A stretch of DNA of 60,779 bases, filler included. It is 5 parts of 5 records of this genome, joined end to end, with 100 filler letters (N's around TTAATTAATTAA, not from the genome) between each part and the next. Parts side by side here need not be neighbours in the genome. Positions count along the whole stretch, not along the records: positions 1 to 10,408 come from SRR31156797_2520; 4 more parts are not named here. One strand, given 5' to 3'. Position 1 is the stretch's first letter. Each line of letters opens with the position of its first letter. The translations under genes were made by a program, and so were the position numbers. This document shows positions 1 through 10,508 of the stretch, one piece after another. The notes beneath the pieces are model-generated. The model made no database searches. It was given only the letters and a program-made list of their open reading frames with translations, and was not told the origin of the DNA.

Positions 1-1026
1 TCTTTGCTGAAGTATTTCCAGGTATTCATAGGTTATTGGGCGGTACATTGTTTCGTACGATTGTAAAGCCCATTTTATGGCCTGGTTAATGTTGCCCAGA
101 ATTTCAAAACCAACTGCAATATTATATTCAGCTTTACTTTTTGTCGATTTTGAATTTGTGTTTTCTGCTACGGTTTGCCATACCGAAATAGCCTGTTGCC
201 AGTTCCCGCTTGTTACCAGGCTTTCTGCAGTCTTAAAATCAGTATTTCCTGTTGAAAAATATTTTCGGTTTTCTTCTCTCCAAACGGTGCCAATCTTTTC
301 CGAGAAATCGAGAGCAACTGCAATTCCGGTTTCGTTGAGTGCATTTTTTACCGAAGTCATCCGGTTAAATAATGTTCTGGTCACTCGGTCGGCATCTTCC
401 CAAATTAACGAATCCCGAATAAATTCGCGTATTAATATTTTTTCATTTACCGGATCGTATATCCGGAACATCACTTCGTAATTAATTTTTATTTTTGCCA
501 GATAAGCTTCTACCAGCCCATCCTGAACCGGGTTATAAAAAGTTTCCTTGTCGTAGCTTGTAATTACCTGTGTTTTATAATGATCCATCGATAAAACCGC
601 ATTGGTGTTGTATGTCTCACAAATTGCTTTTACTTCTTCCCAGGGCATTTCAATACTTAAAAAAGAATTTTTTTCAAAATCCAGGAACCGATCAACAGGA
701 ATTACAAAGTCGTACCTGCCCGATTCATATAATAATTCGCCCAAAGCTTTTAATGTTGTGTCAACAGCTTGTAAATCATAGATTACCGTATCTAAATTGA
801 ATTGTTTTTTATAAAAAATATTTTGAAGAGAATCATGATGATGGTTTTCATAATTTCTATCGACTGTCCGGTTTACAAGGGTTAAACTTTGAATATTTTC
901 AGGAAGTTCTTTGCCAGAAGGCTGCGGAATTTCAATGATTAATGTTTCTGTGGTTACACACGAAACAAAAACAATTGCAAAAAGTAGTATTGAAAATAAT
1001 ATTCTTGTTTTTCTGATATGTTCCAT
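1..1026 (-). CDS. Bacteroidota lipoprotein, DUF6340-like with C-terminal TPR-like helices (3' end runs off the window)
   Basis: Not in the ORF track because it has no stop inside the window. My translation from ATG at 1026 gives MEHIRKTRILFSILLFAIVFVSCVTTETLIIEIPQPSGKELPENIQSL..., open to base 1. It has a lipobox-like FVSC and a TPR-like C-terminus (GNWQQAISVWQ...AEYNIAVGFEILGNINQAIKWA). Confidence 0.75.
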   Translation of the reverse strand, partial: MEHIRKTRILFSILLFAIVFVSCVTTETLIIEIPQPSGKELPENIQSLTLVNRTVDRNYENHHHDSLQNIFYKKQFNLDTVIYDLQAVDTTLKALGELLYESGRYDFVIPVDRFLDFEKNSFLSIEMPWEEVKAICETYNTNAVLSMDHYKTQVITSYDKETFYNPVQDGLVEAYLAKIKINYEVMFRIYDPVNEKILIREFIRDSLIWEDADRVTRTLFNRMTSVKNALNETGIAVALDFSEKIGTVWREENRKYFSTGNTDFKTAESLVTSGNWQQAISVWQTVAENTNSKSTKSKAEYNIAVGFEILGNINQAIKWALQSYETMYRPITYEYLEILQQR

Positions 1027-1041
1027 ATTTTATGAAACTGT

Positions 1042-3129
1042 TTAATAAATACCCCAAAACTTCCTCAAAAACCATTCCACCGATAACAATACAAGTAAAA
1101 CAACAAATAACCAGCGTTGGTTTAAAAATTCGTTAATCATTTCCTGAAAATAAATTGTTGGCTTTAACCGGTTATTTTCTTTAATTTCCTCAAACATATC
1201 GTTTATTTGTTGTGGAAGATAGAATGAACCACCGCTTTGCGAGGCCAGCTGAAACATAACCTGGTGGTTGGCACGGGTCATTATATTTTCAATGTTTACA
1301 GCCGTAACCGTAAAATAACCTTCTTCTCGAAATGTTTCATTTTCGAGGGTTACTTCGGCTTGAAAATGATAGTCGCCAATTGGGAAATGTCCCGCATTTA
1401 AATAATAATCATTATTTTGTTTATCAAATGTAAAGGCAAATTCTTCATCGTTCTGATTGGTAATTTTAATGCCAATTTCTTCTGTTGTAATTGGTTCAAA
1501 CACATCGTTATAAACTTCGGCACGAAAAATTAAATTTTCTGTTTCGTTATAAACCGGGTTAAAGTCTATTATAAAATTATCTTCATTTTCGCGTAAAGCA
1601 AGGTATTGAACCAATTGGTTTATCAGTTCATTAAATTGTGCCTGGCTTTGGTTGAAGTAATAATTGAATAATCGCCAGCGCCAGATTCCTTCACCCAGGA
1701 TAAAACCTGTTTTTCTGCCATTTAAACTTCCGGTTGCAATAAGTGGTTTGGCTGTTTCAATGTTTTTAATTCGCTGATAAAAGAGTGTTGAAAATTCCGG
1801 TTCGGTTTCATAATCGGCAAACGGTGCCTGAAGTGGAGGAAACCGGGATAAAATGTCATAAAATTCATCGGTTAATGTAAATGTTCGGTATGCCCGATTT
1901 AATATGGCCTGAACTTCTTCTGCTGAACCGGCAAGAGGTGTTATTGTTATACCTTGGTTTAAAGCATTTAATTGAGGGAGGAACGATTTGTTCCCAACAA
2001 TAAATAGTATCGGCAAACGGCTTTTTTCGGTCGTTTGAATAAGTTCAGATGCCGATGTGCCTGAACTGGGCAACTGGTTTAGAATTAGCAAATTATAATC
2101 TTCGAAATTAGAAGGAAATGGCTCTTCAGTAAAAACCGTAACATCGTATGTAGTTTGAAGTTCAAGCGTGTTTTTTATTGCTCCAATATCGGGATGCGGA
2201 CCATGGGAAAGAATAAGTATTTTTTGCTTGTTTTCCAGGATATTTATTACAAAACCAGAGGTGTTGTTCTTTATGTTGTTTTCATTGTCTGCAATTTCTA
2301 TAGTTGCTGAAAAATGTTTTAACCCGGCAGCACCTGCTTCAAGAATAAATTCATGTGTGTAAAAATAATTATCGTTTGGAGGAATAATAATTGTGCTGGC
2401 AATTTCATTTCCTTCTTGCTGAACAGTAAGTTTTAATGGTGTATTTTGCAATTTTGAAAATGAAACTTCAATTTCAACCGGAAAACGGTTCCCCGAAAAT
2501 GCAGTTCGGTTTGTTCGAACATTTTCAATTCGTGCGTCGGTGGTAATTGTTGTGTCGCCCAATCCGATCGTAAAAATTGGGAAATTTATTTCCCCGGTTG
2601 AATTTACCGGATTTTTCCCCTGATTGAAAATGCCATCGCCAACAACTATTAAAGCGCCAATATTTTCATTAAAATGGTTATTGTTTACCGCCGAAATCAT
2701 TGAACTGTAATCTGAATTTTTATCGTTAAAACTTAGGTCATATTGTAATTTTACCGATTCTCCAAACTGGTAATTTACAACAGAATAGTCGTTGCCCAAT
2801 TCATTGGAGATTTCATTTTGTAAATTTGCGATTTGTAATTTTATTTCATTTGAGTCGAGGCTGGAAATAATTGATTCCGAATTATCCCAGGCTACAATAA
2901 CTACCGGATTTTGAACCTGTTTTTTAAGGCCTTTTAAAAATGGGGAAAGCAATAAAAATGCAATTAAAAAGTAGGCGATAAACCGCAAAACAACAAGAAC
3001 CCGGGTTTGGATTTTTGTTAATGCCTGGTTTTCTTTATTTCTGAAATAAAGAATAAATACAATACCAAGTGAAGCGGCCAGAATAGCTAAAAGTAAAGCC
3101 GGCCAATATGTTGTGCCAAATTCAATCAA
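1042..3129 (-). CDS. Conserved membrane-anchored protein with VWA-like and glutamine-amidotransferase-like regions
   Basis: 695-aa ORF with two N-terminal TM helices, a VAWDNSES MIDAS-like motif, GEGIWRWRL and a C-terminal TM ending EWFLRKFWG. This architecture is typical of a conserved Bacteroidota family. Confidence 0.65.
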   Translation of the reverse strand: MIEFGTTYWPALLLAILAASLGIVFILYFRNKENQALTKIQTRVLVVLRFIAYFLIAFLLLSPFLKGLKKQVQNPVVIVAWDNSESIISSLDSNEIKLQIANLQNEISNELGNDYSVVNYQFGESVKLQYDLSFNDKNSDYSSMISAVNNNHFNENIGALIVVGDGIFNQGKNPVNSTGEINFPIFTIGLGDTTITTDARIENVRTNRTAFSGNRFPVEIEVSFSKLQNTPLKLTVQQEGNEIASTIIIPPNDNYFYTHEFILEAGAAGLKHFSATIEIADNENNIKNNTSGFVINILENKQKILILSHGPHPDIGAIKNTLELQTTYDVTVFTEEPFPSNFEDYNLLILNQLPSSGTSASELIQTTEKSRLPILFIVGNKSFLPQLNALNQGITITPLAGSAEEVQAILNRAYRTFTLTDEFYDILSRFPPLQAPFADYETEPEFSTLFYQRIKNIETAKPLIATGSLNGRKTGFILGEGIWRWRLFNYYFNQSQAQFNELINQLVQYLALRENEDNFIIDFNPVYNETENLIFRAEVYNDVFEPITTEEIGIKITNQNDEEFAFTFDKQNNDYYLNAGHFPIGDYHFQAEVTLENETFREEGYFTVTAVNIENIMTRANHQVMFQLASQSGGSFYLPQQINDMFEEIKENNRLKPTIYFQEMINEFLNQRWLFVVLLVLLSVEWFLRKFWGIY

Positions 3130-3267
3130 TTTTAAACATTTTATTTAAGCCCGTAAATATACACATCTCCTTTTTTTAAATGATGATTAATGTTTAATAT
3201 TACAGCTTATTTTTAGAACCGCATTCTTGTTTTTTTCAATAAAACAAAAATGGTTAAAGAAAATAAA

Positions 3268-5034
3268 ATGAAAAATTTAATTGTAGTAGTTTTTATTCTT
3301 TTTATAGCGTCATGCAATCAGAAATACAATCCGGAAATTTCAATAAGTGATATTCAAAAGAATATAGAATATTTGGCATCCGATTCTTTAGGCGGCAGAA
3401 AGTCGGGGGAGGCTGGCGACAGGTTAGCTGCTGAGTTTATTCGTTCGAAGTTTGAAAATGCCGGACTTCAACTTTTATATTCCAACGGATTACAAACATT
3501 TGGTTTGGTAACATCGGCCGAAATAGGTAAGGGAAATGAATTAAATCTTGAGGGAAATTCTTTCGAAGTCGAGACAGATTATTTACCCTATGCTTTTTCT
3601 GCGAATAGCGAGATTGAAGCACCGGTTGTTTTTGTTGGTTATGGTTTGGACGTAAATAAAGATACGTTGAAATGGAATGATTTTGAGGGAGTCGATATTT
3701 CCGGAAAGTGGATTCTTGCCTTGCAGGGCGATCCCGATATGGATAATGCACAAAGTCCGTTTGTGGAGTTTTCATCGGAAAGAGGAAAAGCGTTAACGGC
3801 ATCCGATAAAAATGCCGCCGGATTAATTCTGGTTGCCGGGCCGGCTTTTAGCGAAAATGATGAGCTTTCATCGTTGTTTTTTGATAAAAACAGCAGTAGG
3901 TATAATATGCCGGTAATACAGGTTACACGCAAAGTTGCCAACGTAATTCTAGCCGGAACTGGTGAAAATATTGCATCCCTGGAAACAAAAATTCTGGAAG
4001 AAAATAAATCGATACAACTGGAGACTAAAACAAATCTTTCAGCAAAAATTAATGTAACCTTAAAAGAAACTGAATCACAAAATGTAGCCGCAATTATTCC
4101 GGGTAACGATGAAGATTTAATAAACGAATACGTTGTAATTGGTGCTCACTACGACCATTTGGGAATGGGAGGGCCGGGTTCGGGGTCGCGTGCGGTTGAT
4201 ACAATTGCTGTTCATAATGGTGCCGATGATAATGCTTCGGGAGTGGCAGCGGTAATTGAAATTGCTGAAAAAGCAGCGTCGTTAAAAAATAACAAAAGAA
4301 GTATTATTTTTGCAGCTTTTGGAGCTGAAGAAATGGGATTAGTTGGATCGAAAGCGTTTACAAACGAACCTCCGGTTGATGTGAAAGAGATGGTTGCCAT
4401 GTTTAATTTAGATATGGTGGGGCGTCTGGATTCGGTATCAAACGGACTAAGTATTGGTGGTACAAAAACGTCAAAAGAAACTGAGGAAATTCTTGAAAAA
4501 TTAAATCCCGGATTTGAATTGGCGTTGTCGGAAGAAGGAGTAGGGCCTTCTGATCATGCCTCTTTCTATCTGCAGGATATTCCGGTATTTTTTATATCAA
4601 CCGGTGCTCATTCCGATTATCATACGCCAAACGATGACGTTGAGTTTATAAATTATGATGGAACGCAAAAAGTAACAGAATATACATATTCGCTTGTGAA
4701 TGAAGTTGCAAATCGCGAAAATAAACTTACATTTCAGGAGGCTGGTGCTAAATTTCAGCGAAGTAGGGGAGGTCGTTTTAAAGTTACGCTGGGAGTGATG
4801 CCCGATTATGCCGGATTGGAAAAACGCGGTATGCGAATTGACGCCGTTACAAAAGGAAAACCGGCTGAAAAAGGAGGAATGAAAAAAGGGGATATTATTA
4901 CTGCAATTGATGGGAAAAAAGTTGGTAATATTTACGATTATATGAACCGTTTACAATCGCTGGAAGCCGGACAAACCATTTCTGTTGACATTCTTCGAAA
5001 CGACAAGGAAACTGTTTTAATAATTCAATTGTAA
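3268..5034 (+). CDS. M28 family peptidase lipoprotein with PA and PDZ domains
   Basis: Lipobox IASC; zinc ligands GAHYDH, GADDNASG, AEEMGL, NLDMVGR, SDH and DYH; C-terminal PDZ (LGVMPDY...GDIITAIDG). The track starts at 3250; the start is taken at the second Met. Confidence 0.9.
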   Translation: MKNLIVVVFILFIASCNQKYNPEISISDIQKNIEYLASDSLGGRKSGEAGDRLAAEFIRSKFENAGLQLLYSNGLQTFGLVTSAEIGKGNELNLEGNSFEVETDYLPYAFSANSEIEAPVVFVGYGLDVNKDTLKWNDFEGVDISGKWILALQGDPDMDNAQSPFVEFSSERGKALTASDKNAAGLILVAGPAFSENDELSSLFFDKNSSRYNMPVIQVTRKVANVILAGTGENIASLETKILEENKSIQLETKTNLSAKINVTLKETESQNVAAIIPGNDEDLINEYVVIGAHYDHLGMGGPGSGSRAVDTIAVHNGADDNASGVAAVIEIAEKAASLKNNKRSIIFAAFGAEEMGLVGSKAFTNEPPVDVKEMVAMFNLDMVGRLDSVSNGLSIGGTKTSKETEEILEKLNPGFELALSEEGVGPSDHASFYLQDIPVFFISTGAHSDYHTPNDDVEFINYDGTQKVTEYTYSLVNEVANRENKLTFQEAGAKFQRSRGGRFKVTLGVMPDYAGLEKRGMRIDAVTKGKPAEKGGMKKGDIITAIDGKKVGNIYDYMNRLQSLEAGQTISVDILRNDKETVLIIQL

Positions 5035-5907
5035 ATGAAAAAATCGTTCTTAATTTTTATTGCTTTTCTTTTTTTTATTTCTGCAGGTAATGCACAACAT
5101 TTTAAGGTAGATAAAACCAGTTTTATATATAAAAAAATTGACGAGAATAACCTGGAAATGGTAATGTATAAACCACAGGTTGCCAACTTAACAAAATTGC
5201 CGGCACTGGTTTTCTTTTTTGGTGGCGGCTGGGTAAGCGGCGATCCTTCTCACTTTGAATTACAGGCTGAATATTTTGCATCGCGGGGAATGGTTGTTTT
5301 TTGCCCCGATTACCGGACTAAAAGTAAACATGGAACAACTCCTTTCGAAAGTGTAAAAGACGCTAAATCGGCCATTCGTTATTTGAAGATTAATGCAACA
5401 GATTTGGGGATCGATTCTGCAAAAATAGTTGCCTCGGGTGGATCGGCTGGTGGACATTTAGCCGCATCTACCGCAATTTTGAAAAATTCGAACGAGGAGA
5501 ACGATAACCTGAGCATATCAACAAAACCGTTTGCATTGGTGCTTTTTAATCCGGTTGTCGATACCGGAAAAAATGGATACGGCCAGGAAAAATTGGATGG
5601 AAGGGAGTTTGAAATTTCACCCGTTCATAATATAACAGCCGGAATTGCGCCTACCTTGATTTTACACGGGAAAAGCGACAAAACAGTGCCTTACGAAAAT
5701 GTTGAGCGGTTTAAACAAACCATGAAACAGGAAGGAAATTCATGTAAACTGATAGGATTTAAAAAACAAAATCATGGATTTTTTAATTACTCAAACAGTC
5801 AAAAATATTTCAAAAAGACAATGGCAAAAACCGAAATTTTTTTAGAGAATTTTAAACTATTAAAAGGTAAAAGCTGGTTGAGACAGTTTGGAAAAGAATT
5901 AAAATAG
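5035..5907 (+). CDS. Secreted alpha/beta hydrolase (esterase/lipase, BD-FAE-like)
   Basis: FFGGGW oxyanion motif, GGSAGG nucleophile elbow, HGKSD and HGFF catalytic Asp/His, signal peptide. Confidence 0.85.
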   Translation: MKKSFLIFIAFLFFISAGNAQHFKVDKTSFIYKKIDENNLEMVMYKPQVANLTKLPALVFFFGGGWVSGDPSHFELQAEYFASRGMVVFCPDYRTKSKHGTTPFESVKDAKSAIRYLKINATDLGIDSAKIVASGGSAGGHLAASTAILKNSNEENDNLSISTKPFALVLFNPVVDTGKNGYGQEKLDGREFEISPVHNITAGIAPTLILHGKSDKTVPYENVERFKQTMKQEGNSCKLIGFKKQNHGFFNYSNSQKYFKKTMAKTEIFLENFKLLKGKSWLRQFGKELK

Positions 5908-5911
5908 CAAA

Positions 5912-6652
5912 TTAAATCCACCCCCTTAATTTATAATAAACAAGTGCTGTAATTTCGCGTGCAATAAGAATTTCGTATTTCAGGTGATTCCATACCTGAT
6001 AGCGTACCGAAATGCTTTTTCCAACATCAGGAACCAGAATCGTGTTTCCTCCCAGTTCATCATCCGAAAACGATAAATCGGCTTCTACAGTATTTTCAAA
6101 AGCAGGCAATGCATTTACTTTTTCAAAACCGGTTTTACGAAAACATAAAACGGCACGCCGCATGTGTTCGGGCGAAGTAACCAGTAAAATCGAATGTTGC
6201 ATTTTTATTAACCCCTGGCAGTTTAAGGCCTGTGCCCTGGTATTTGTTCCTTCGTTTTCAAATGAAATCCGTTCCGGTTGAACACCCCGAAGCATCAATT
6301 CTTTTTTCATTAACTGTGGCGTACTTAAACTATCGGTAAAATCTCCGGGCATGGCAATAATAACATTCGCATTTAAAAAACTTATGGCTGCTTTTTCTAC
6401 ATACCAGCTCCGCATTAATCCCGATTGACTTGGCATACCACCGCCACCAAGCAATACTATTGTTTTTGGTTCATTTAATACTTCCGATTTACTGGTACCC
6501 AGCCAGTGATAACCCCGGTACGGAAGTGTTGTAAACGCCAGAATTAAACATGTTGAAAAGAAAATACCAATCAATACCAATAAATTTCGGAGTATCCTTA
6601 AAAAATGAATATTTTTGATTCTGTTTTTAGCCATCTTTTTGGTTGAAAACAT
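5912..6652 (-). CDS. YdcF/DUF218 family protein
   Basis: IVLLGGG, ENEGTNT, LVTSPEHMRRA and a C-terminal RE..A...Y..RGW; N-terminal TM. The start may be at 6634. Confidence 0.85.
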   Translation of the reverse strand: MFSTKKMAKNRIKNIHFLRILRNLLVLIGIFFSTCLILAFTTLPYRGYHWLGTSKSEVLNEPKTIVLLGGGGMPSQSGLMRSWYVEKAAISFLNANVIIAMPGDFTDSLSTPQLMKKELMLRGVQPERISFENEGTNTRAQALNCQGLIKMQHSILLVTSPEHMRRAVLCFRKTGFEKVNALPAFENTVEADLSFSDDELGGNTILVPDVGKSISVRYQVWNHLKYEILIAREITALVYYKLRGWI

Positions 6653-6684
6653 AAAAATACGTTTAATCTTTTAAATATTACTAC

Positions 6685-8115
6685 TTGAAAACTTCAGATA
6701 AAAACGAAATAATTCAACTTTTTGAACATCAGTTTAATGAAAAGATCGAATCGTTTGAAATGTTGCCACCATCGGGTTCATATCGTGAATATTGCCGGAT
6801 GAAAAATAAAAACCGTTCTGTTATAGGTGCTTTCAATACCGATGTAAAAGAAAACACGGCATTTCTTTCGTTTACCAATCATTTCCTGAAAAAAGATTTA
6901 CCGGTTCCGGAAATTTACGCAGTAAGTTCCGATTTAAAAAAATACCTGCTTGAAGATTTGGGAAACACAACTTTGTTTGATTTTTTAAGTGAGGTGCGCG
7001 AAACCGAGGGTTTTTCTAAAAATATAATTACTGAATATCAGAAGGTTTTAAAAGTGCTTCCGAGATTGCAAATTGTTGCAGGTAAGAATTTAGATTATTC
7101 GGTCTGCTATCCCCGGGCAGCATTCGATAGCCAAAGTATGATGTGGGATTTAAATTATTTCAAATATTATTTTTTGAAACTGGCACAGATTCCCTTCGAC
7201 GAGCAGGCGCTTGAAGACGATTTTCAGGTTTTTAGCGATTATCTGTTAAGTGCTGAATCTGACTTTTTTTTATACCGCGATTTTCAGTCGAGAAATGTAA
7301 TGCTGAAAAACGATGAAGTTTATTTTATCGATTACCAGGGTGGCCGCCGGGGGGCTTTGCAGTACGACTTAGCTTCGCTTTTATACGATGGAAAAGCCGA
7401 TATCCCGCAAAGCGTTCGGAAACAATTGTTCGATTTTTATATTGTTGAACTTCAGAAATATAAAACAGTTAATGAAAAAGAATTTACAGCATATTTTCGG
7501 GGATTTGTCCTAATTCGGATAATGCAGGCAATGGGTGCTTACGGATTCCGTGGTTTTTACGAAAAAAAGGAGCATTTTCTGAAAAGTATTCCTTATGCAT
7601 TAAAAAACCTCGAATTTCTTTTGAAGGATTTGGATTTGCCGGTTGAATTACCTGAATTAATTAAAGTGTTAAAACAGCTTTCAAAATCGGAAGTGTTAAA
7701 AGAGCTGGGGCAGGTAAAAAGTAATTTAACCATTCGGGTTTCCAGTTTTTCTTATAAAAAAGGAATTCCTGAAGATCCTTCGGGAAATGGCGGTGGTTTT
7801 GTTTTCGATTGCAGAGCACTGAATAATCCGGGACGGTATGTTGAATATAAATCGTTAACAGGAAAAGATTTGGCGGTGCAGAAATTTCTGGAACAAAAAT
7901 CGGAAATCGGTATTTTTCTGAATACAGCAAAAGTATTGGTCGACCAAACGGTAAAGGTGTATCTTGAGCGCGGATTTACTCACCTTTCTGTAAATTTTGG
8001 GTGTACCGGAGGACAGCACCGATCGGTTTATTCGGCAGAAAAAATGGCTGAACATTTGCAAAACAATTTCCCGGTAAACGTTGTTCTTATTCATCGTGAA
8101 CAACAAAATATATAA
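6685..8115 (+). CDS. APH/AmgK-like phosphotransferase fused to a RapZ C-terminal-like domain
   Basis: SGSYREY, RDFQSRNVM and IDYQGG kinase motifs; C-terminal SFSYKKGIP...VFDCRAL.NP...FGCTGGQHRSVY is the RapZ-C signature. Confidence 0.85.
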   Translation: MKTSDKNEIIQLFEHQFNEKIESFEMLPPSGSYREYCRMKNKNRSVIGAFNTDVKENTAFLSFTNHFLKKDLPVPEIYAVSSDLKKYLLEDLGNTTLFDFLSEVRETEGFSKNIITEYQKVLKVLPRLQIVAGKNLDYSVCYPRAAFDSQSMMWDLNYFKYYFLKLAQIPFDEQALEDDFQVFSDYLLSAESDFFLYRDFQSRNVMLKNDEVYFIDYQGGRRGALQYDLASLLYDGKADIPQSVRKQLFDFYIVELQKYKTVNEKEFTAYFRGFVLIRIMQAMGAYGFRGFYEKKEHFLKSIPYALKNLEFLLKDLDLPVELPELIKVLKQLSKSEVLKELGQVKSNLTIRVSSFSYKKGIPEDPSGNGGGFVFDCRALNNPGRYVEYKSLTGKDLAVQKFLEQKSEIGIFLNTAKVLVDQTVKVYLERGFTHLSVNFGCTGGQHRSVYSAEKMAEHLQNNFPVNVVLIHREQQNI

Positions 8116-8243
8116 TGGGAAAGGCCGCTTGTAAGAAAAAAGATTTTATAGATAAAGAGAATCCTAAATACCAGTGTAAAAAGTGTGGTGCTTTAGTGAA
8201 AAAGGAAGAAAAAGTGTGTAAACCCAAAAAGTTTAAGCAATAA
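8115..8243 (+). CDS. Small Lys-rich protein with four Cys (42 aa), putative metal-binding
   Basis: Below the track length cut-off. The ATG overlaps the upstream stop (TAATG). Translation: MGKAACKKKDFIDKENPKYQCKKCGALVKKEEKVCKPKKFKQ. Confidence 0.65.
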   Translation: MGKAACKKKDFIDKENPKYQCKKCGALVKKEEKVCKPKKFKQ

Positions 8244-8324
8244 AAGCATTTTCCTTGGCTGTTATATCCGATTTTCGGATTCTGTTTTTTATTTTCGCGA
8301 AAATATTTCATTAAATTTTGATTC

Positions 8325-9035
8325 ATGGGAAGAGCATTTGAATACAGAAGAGCAGCAAAAGAGAAACGCTGGGACAAAATGTCGAAGATATTTCCAAAAC
8401 TCTCGAAAAAAATTACAATTGCCGCCAAAGAAGGAGGCCCCGAGCCTGATTTAAATGCAGCTTTGAGAACGGCTATTTTAAATGCCAAAGCGCAAAATAT
8501 GCCAAAATCGAATATCGATGCGGCTATTAAACGTGCTTCGGGAAAAGATGCAGCAAATTTTACTGAGGTAAATTACGAAGGAAAAGGACCGCATGGTGTT
8601 TTGGTATTTGTAGAATGCGCTACCGACAATACAACGCGTACCGTTGCCAATGTAAAAAGTTATTTCAATAAAGCCGGTGGTGGTCTGGTTCCTACTGGTT
8701 CGCTCGAATTTATGTTTGCACGAAAAGCTGTTTTTGAATTTGAAAAACCTGCTGAAACGGATGTAGAAGAATTGGAGCTTGAACTGATTGATGCCGGTCT
8801 GGAAGAAATTGAAGAACATGAAAATGAATTCTTTGCCTATTCCGATTATACCAGTTTTGGCGACCTGGGGCATGCCTTGGAAAATCTAAATATAGAAGTT
8901 AAAAAAGCATTATTAAAACGGTTTGCCAACGACCCGGTTGAATTCTCAGAAGAACAGCTGGAAGACATTGAAAAAATGCTGGACAAACTGGAAGAAGACG
9001 ACGATGTTCAGGCTGTTTACACAAATATCGCATAG
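8325..9035 (+). CDS. yebC: YebC/PmpR family protein
   Basis: [37 protein letters not shown] and [10 protein letters not shown] motifs. Confidence 0.95.
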   Translation: MGRAFEYRRAAKEKRWDKMSKIFPKLSKKITIAAKEGGPEPDLNAALRTAILNAKAQNMPKSNIDAAIKRASGKDAANFTEVNYEGKGPHGVLVFVECATDNTTRTVANVKSYFNKAGGGLVPTGSLEFMFARKAVFEFEKPAETDVEELELELIDAGLEEIEEHENEFFAYSDYTSFGDLGHALENLNIEVKKALLKRFANDPVEFSEEQLEDIEKMLDKLEEDDDVQAVYTNIA

Positions 9036-9059
9036 ATTTTAAAAACATATATTGTTCTG

Positions 9060-9087
9060 ATCGCGGTTGAATAGCCGCGATTTTTTT
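9060..9087 (+). terminator. Intrinsic terminator after yebC
   Basis: ATCGCGG...CCGCGAT stem followed by a T-run. Confidence 0.7.
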
Positions 9088-9200
9088 ATCCCTGAATTCA
9101 CAGTGCGTTAATCACCGGTTACCTGCTATATTTTATGGTTCATCTAAAAAATGGAAAAGATTAAATCCGATTGATTATTTTTATCCTCAAACCATATTAC

Positions 9201-10408
9201 ATGCTATCAGTACCTGCCTATATTAAACACTTCGAAGAAATCTGGGAAAAAAGTCCGGAGATTCTGCCAACATTCGAAAAGTTATATTCAGTAAAAGAAC
9301 ATAAGCAACGCGAAAATCATTTTGCCGAATTTCAGAAAAAGATGAACGGACTAAAGTCGAAAAAGAAATTTGATGCGTTAAGAAACAGCGATCCCGGAAA
9401 AACATTCTTTCCGGTTTTTAAATCGTTTCTTGAAATGGTTTTCGATTTTGAAAAAGACCAGCTTGAAATTATTCTTTCCGATAAGTTTAAAGATGTAAGC
9501 AAAGATTTTTTTTATAAAGCACGCGAATTTGGCCCCGAACTTTCTCCTGAAAATATATACCAGGGAATGCGAAATGTGTGGATTATGAATGGTATTCAGC
9601 TGATGATGGATGTGCCCGTAGAAATTACACCGTCTATTTTTGGTTATAGCATGATTTATCCGTACAGCGATAATTACCTCGACGATCCGGATATTTCAAA
9701 CGAGGAAAAACAACGGTTTAGCGATCGTTTTAATGCACGGTTACATGGCGAATATGTTATTCCGCAAAACCATACAGAATTTCAACTTTATAAATTAGTT
9801 GAAATGTTTGAAATGGAATATTCGCGAAAAGAGTTTCCAAAGGTTTACGAAAGTTTATATGCCATTCAGCAGGGGCAGACCAACAGCCTGAAATTAAACA
9901 GTACAAATCATCTCACAGGAGAAGAAATACGATACATCTGTTTCGAAAAAGGCGGCGCTTCTGTTCTTGCCGATGGATATCTGGTGGCTGGAAGATTGAC
10001 GGAAATCCAGGAACAGGCACTTTTTGGTTATGGTGTTTATTTGCAGTTGCTCGACGATATTCAGGATGTAAAAGAAGATTCTGACGCAAGTACACGTACA
10101 ATGTTTTCATGCTTGCCCGGGAGAGGTCTCGATGAATTTGTAAATAAAACCATTCATTTTGGTCGTCTGGCATTAGAAGAAATGCACTGTTTTCAAAGTA
10201 CCGATGTTGATGTTTTTTTAAGTTTGATGAACCGGAGTATAGAAACGATGATTATTGAATCGGTTGGGATGAACGAAAATCATTATTCTGAAAAATACCT
10301 GGATGAACTTGAAAAACATTCACCCATTCGTTTTGAGTTTGTCAGAAAAAAACGAAGTCAGTCGAAATCGCAACGTTTTTCAATGTTTCGTAAATATTTC
10401 GAGCAAGC
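9201..10408 (+). CDS. Class 1 isoprenoid-synthase-fold protein (truncated by contig end)
   Basis: Asp-rich motifs YSDNYLDD and QLLDDIQDVKED plus KGGASV. No stop before the spacer. ATG at 9201 is preferred over TTG at 9171. Confidence 0.65.
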
Positions 10409-10508
10409 NNNNNNNNNNNNNNNNNNNNNNNNNNNNNNNNNNNNNNNNNNNNTTAATTAATTAANNNNNNNNNNNNNNNNNNNNNNNNNNNNNNNNNNNN
10501 NNNNNNNN
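10409..10508. other. Artificial contig-joining spacer
   Basis: 44 N + TTAATTAATTAA (stops in all six frames) + 44 N; identical at four places. Confidence 0.98.

Noticed and set aside
77-800. Plus-strand ORFs 77-481 and 570-800
   Set aside because: They are antisense shadows of the minus-strand lipoprotein gene 1-1026.
10453-10464. TTAATTAATTAA repeated four times as a biological repeat or CRISPR repeat
   Set aside because: It is always embedded in N-runs of fixed length, so it is an assembly linker.
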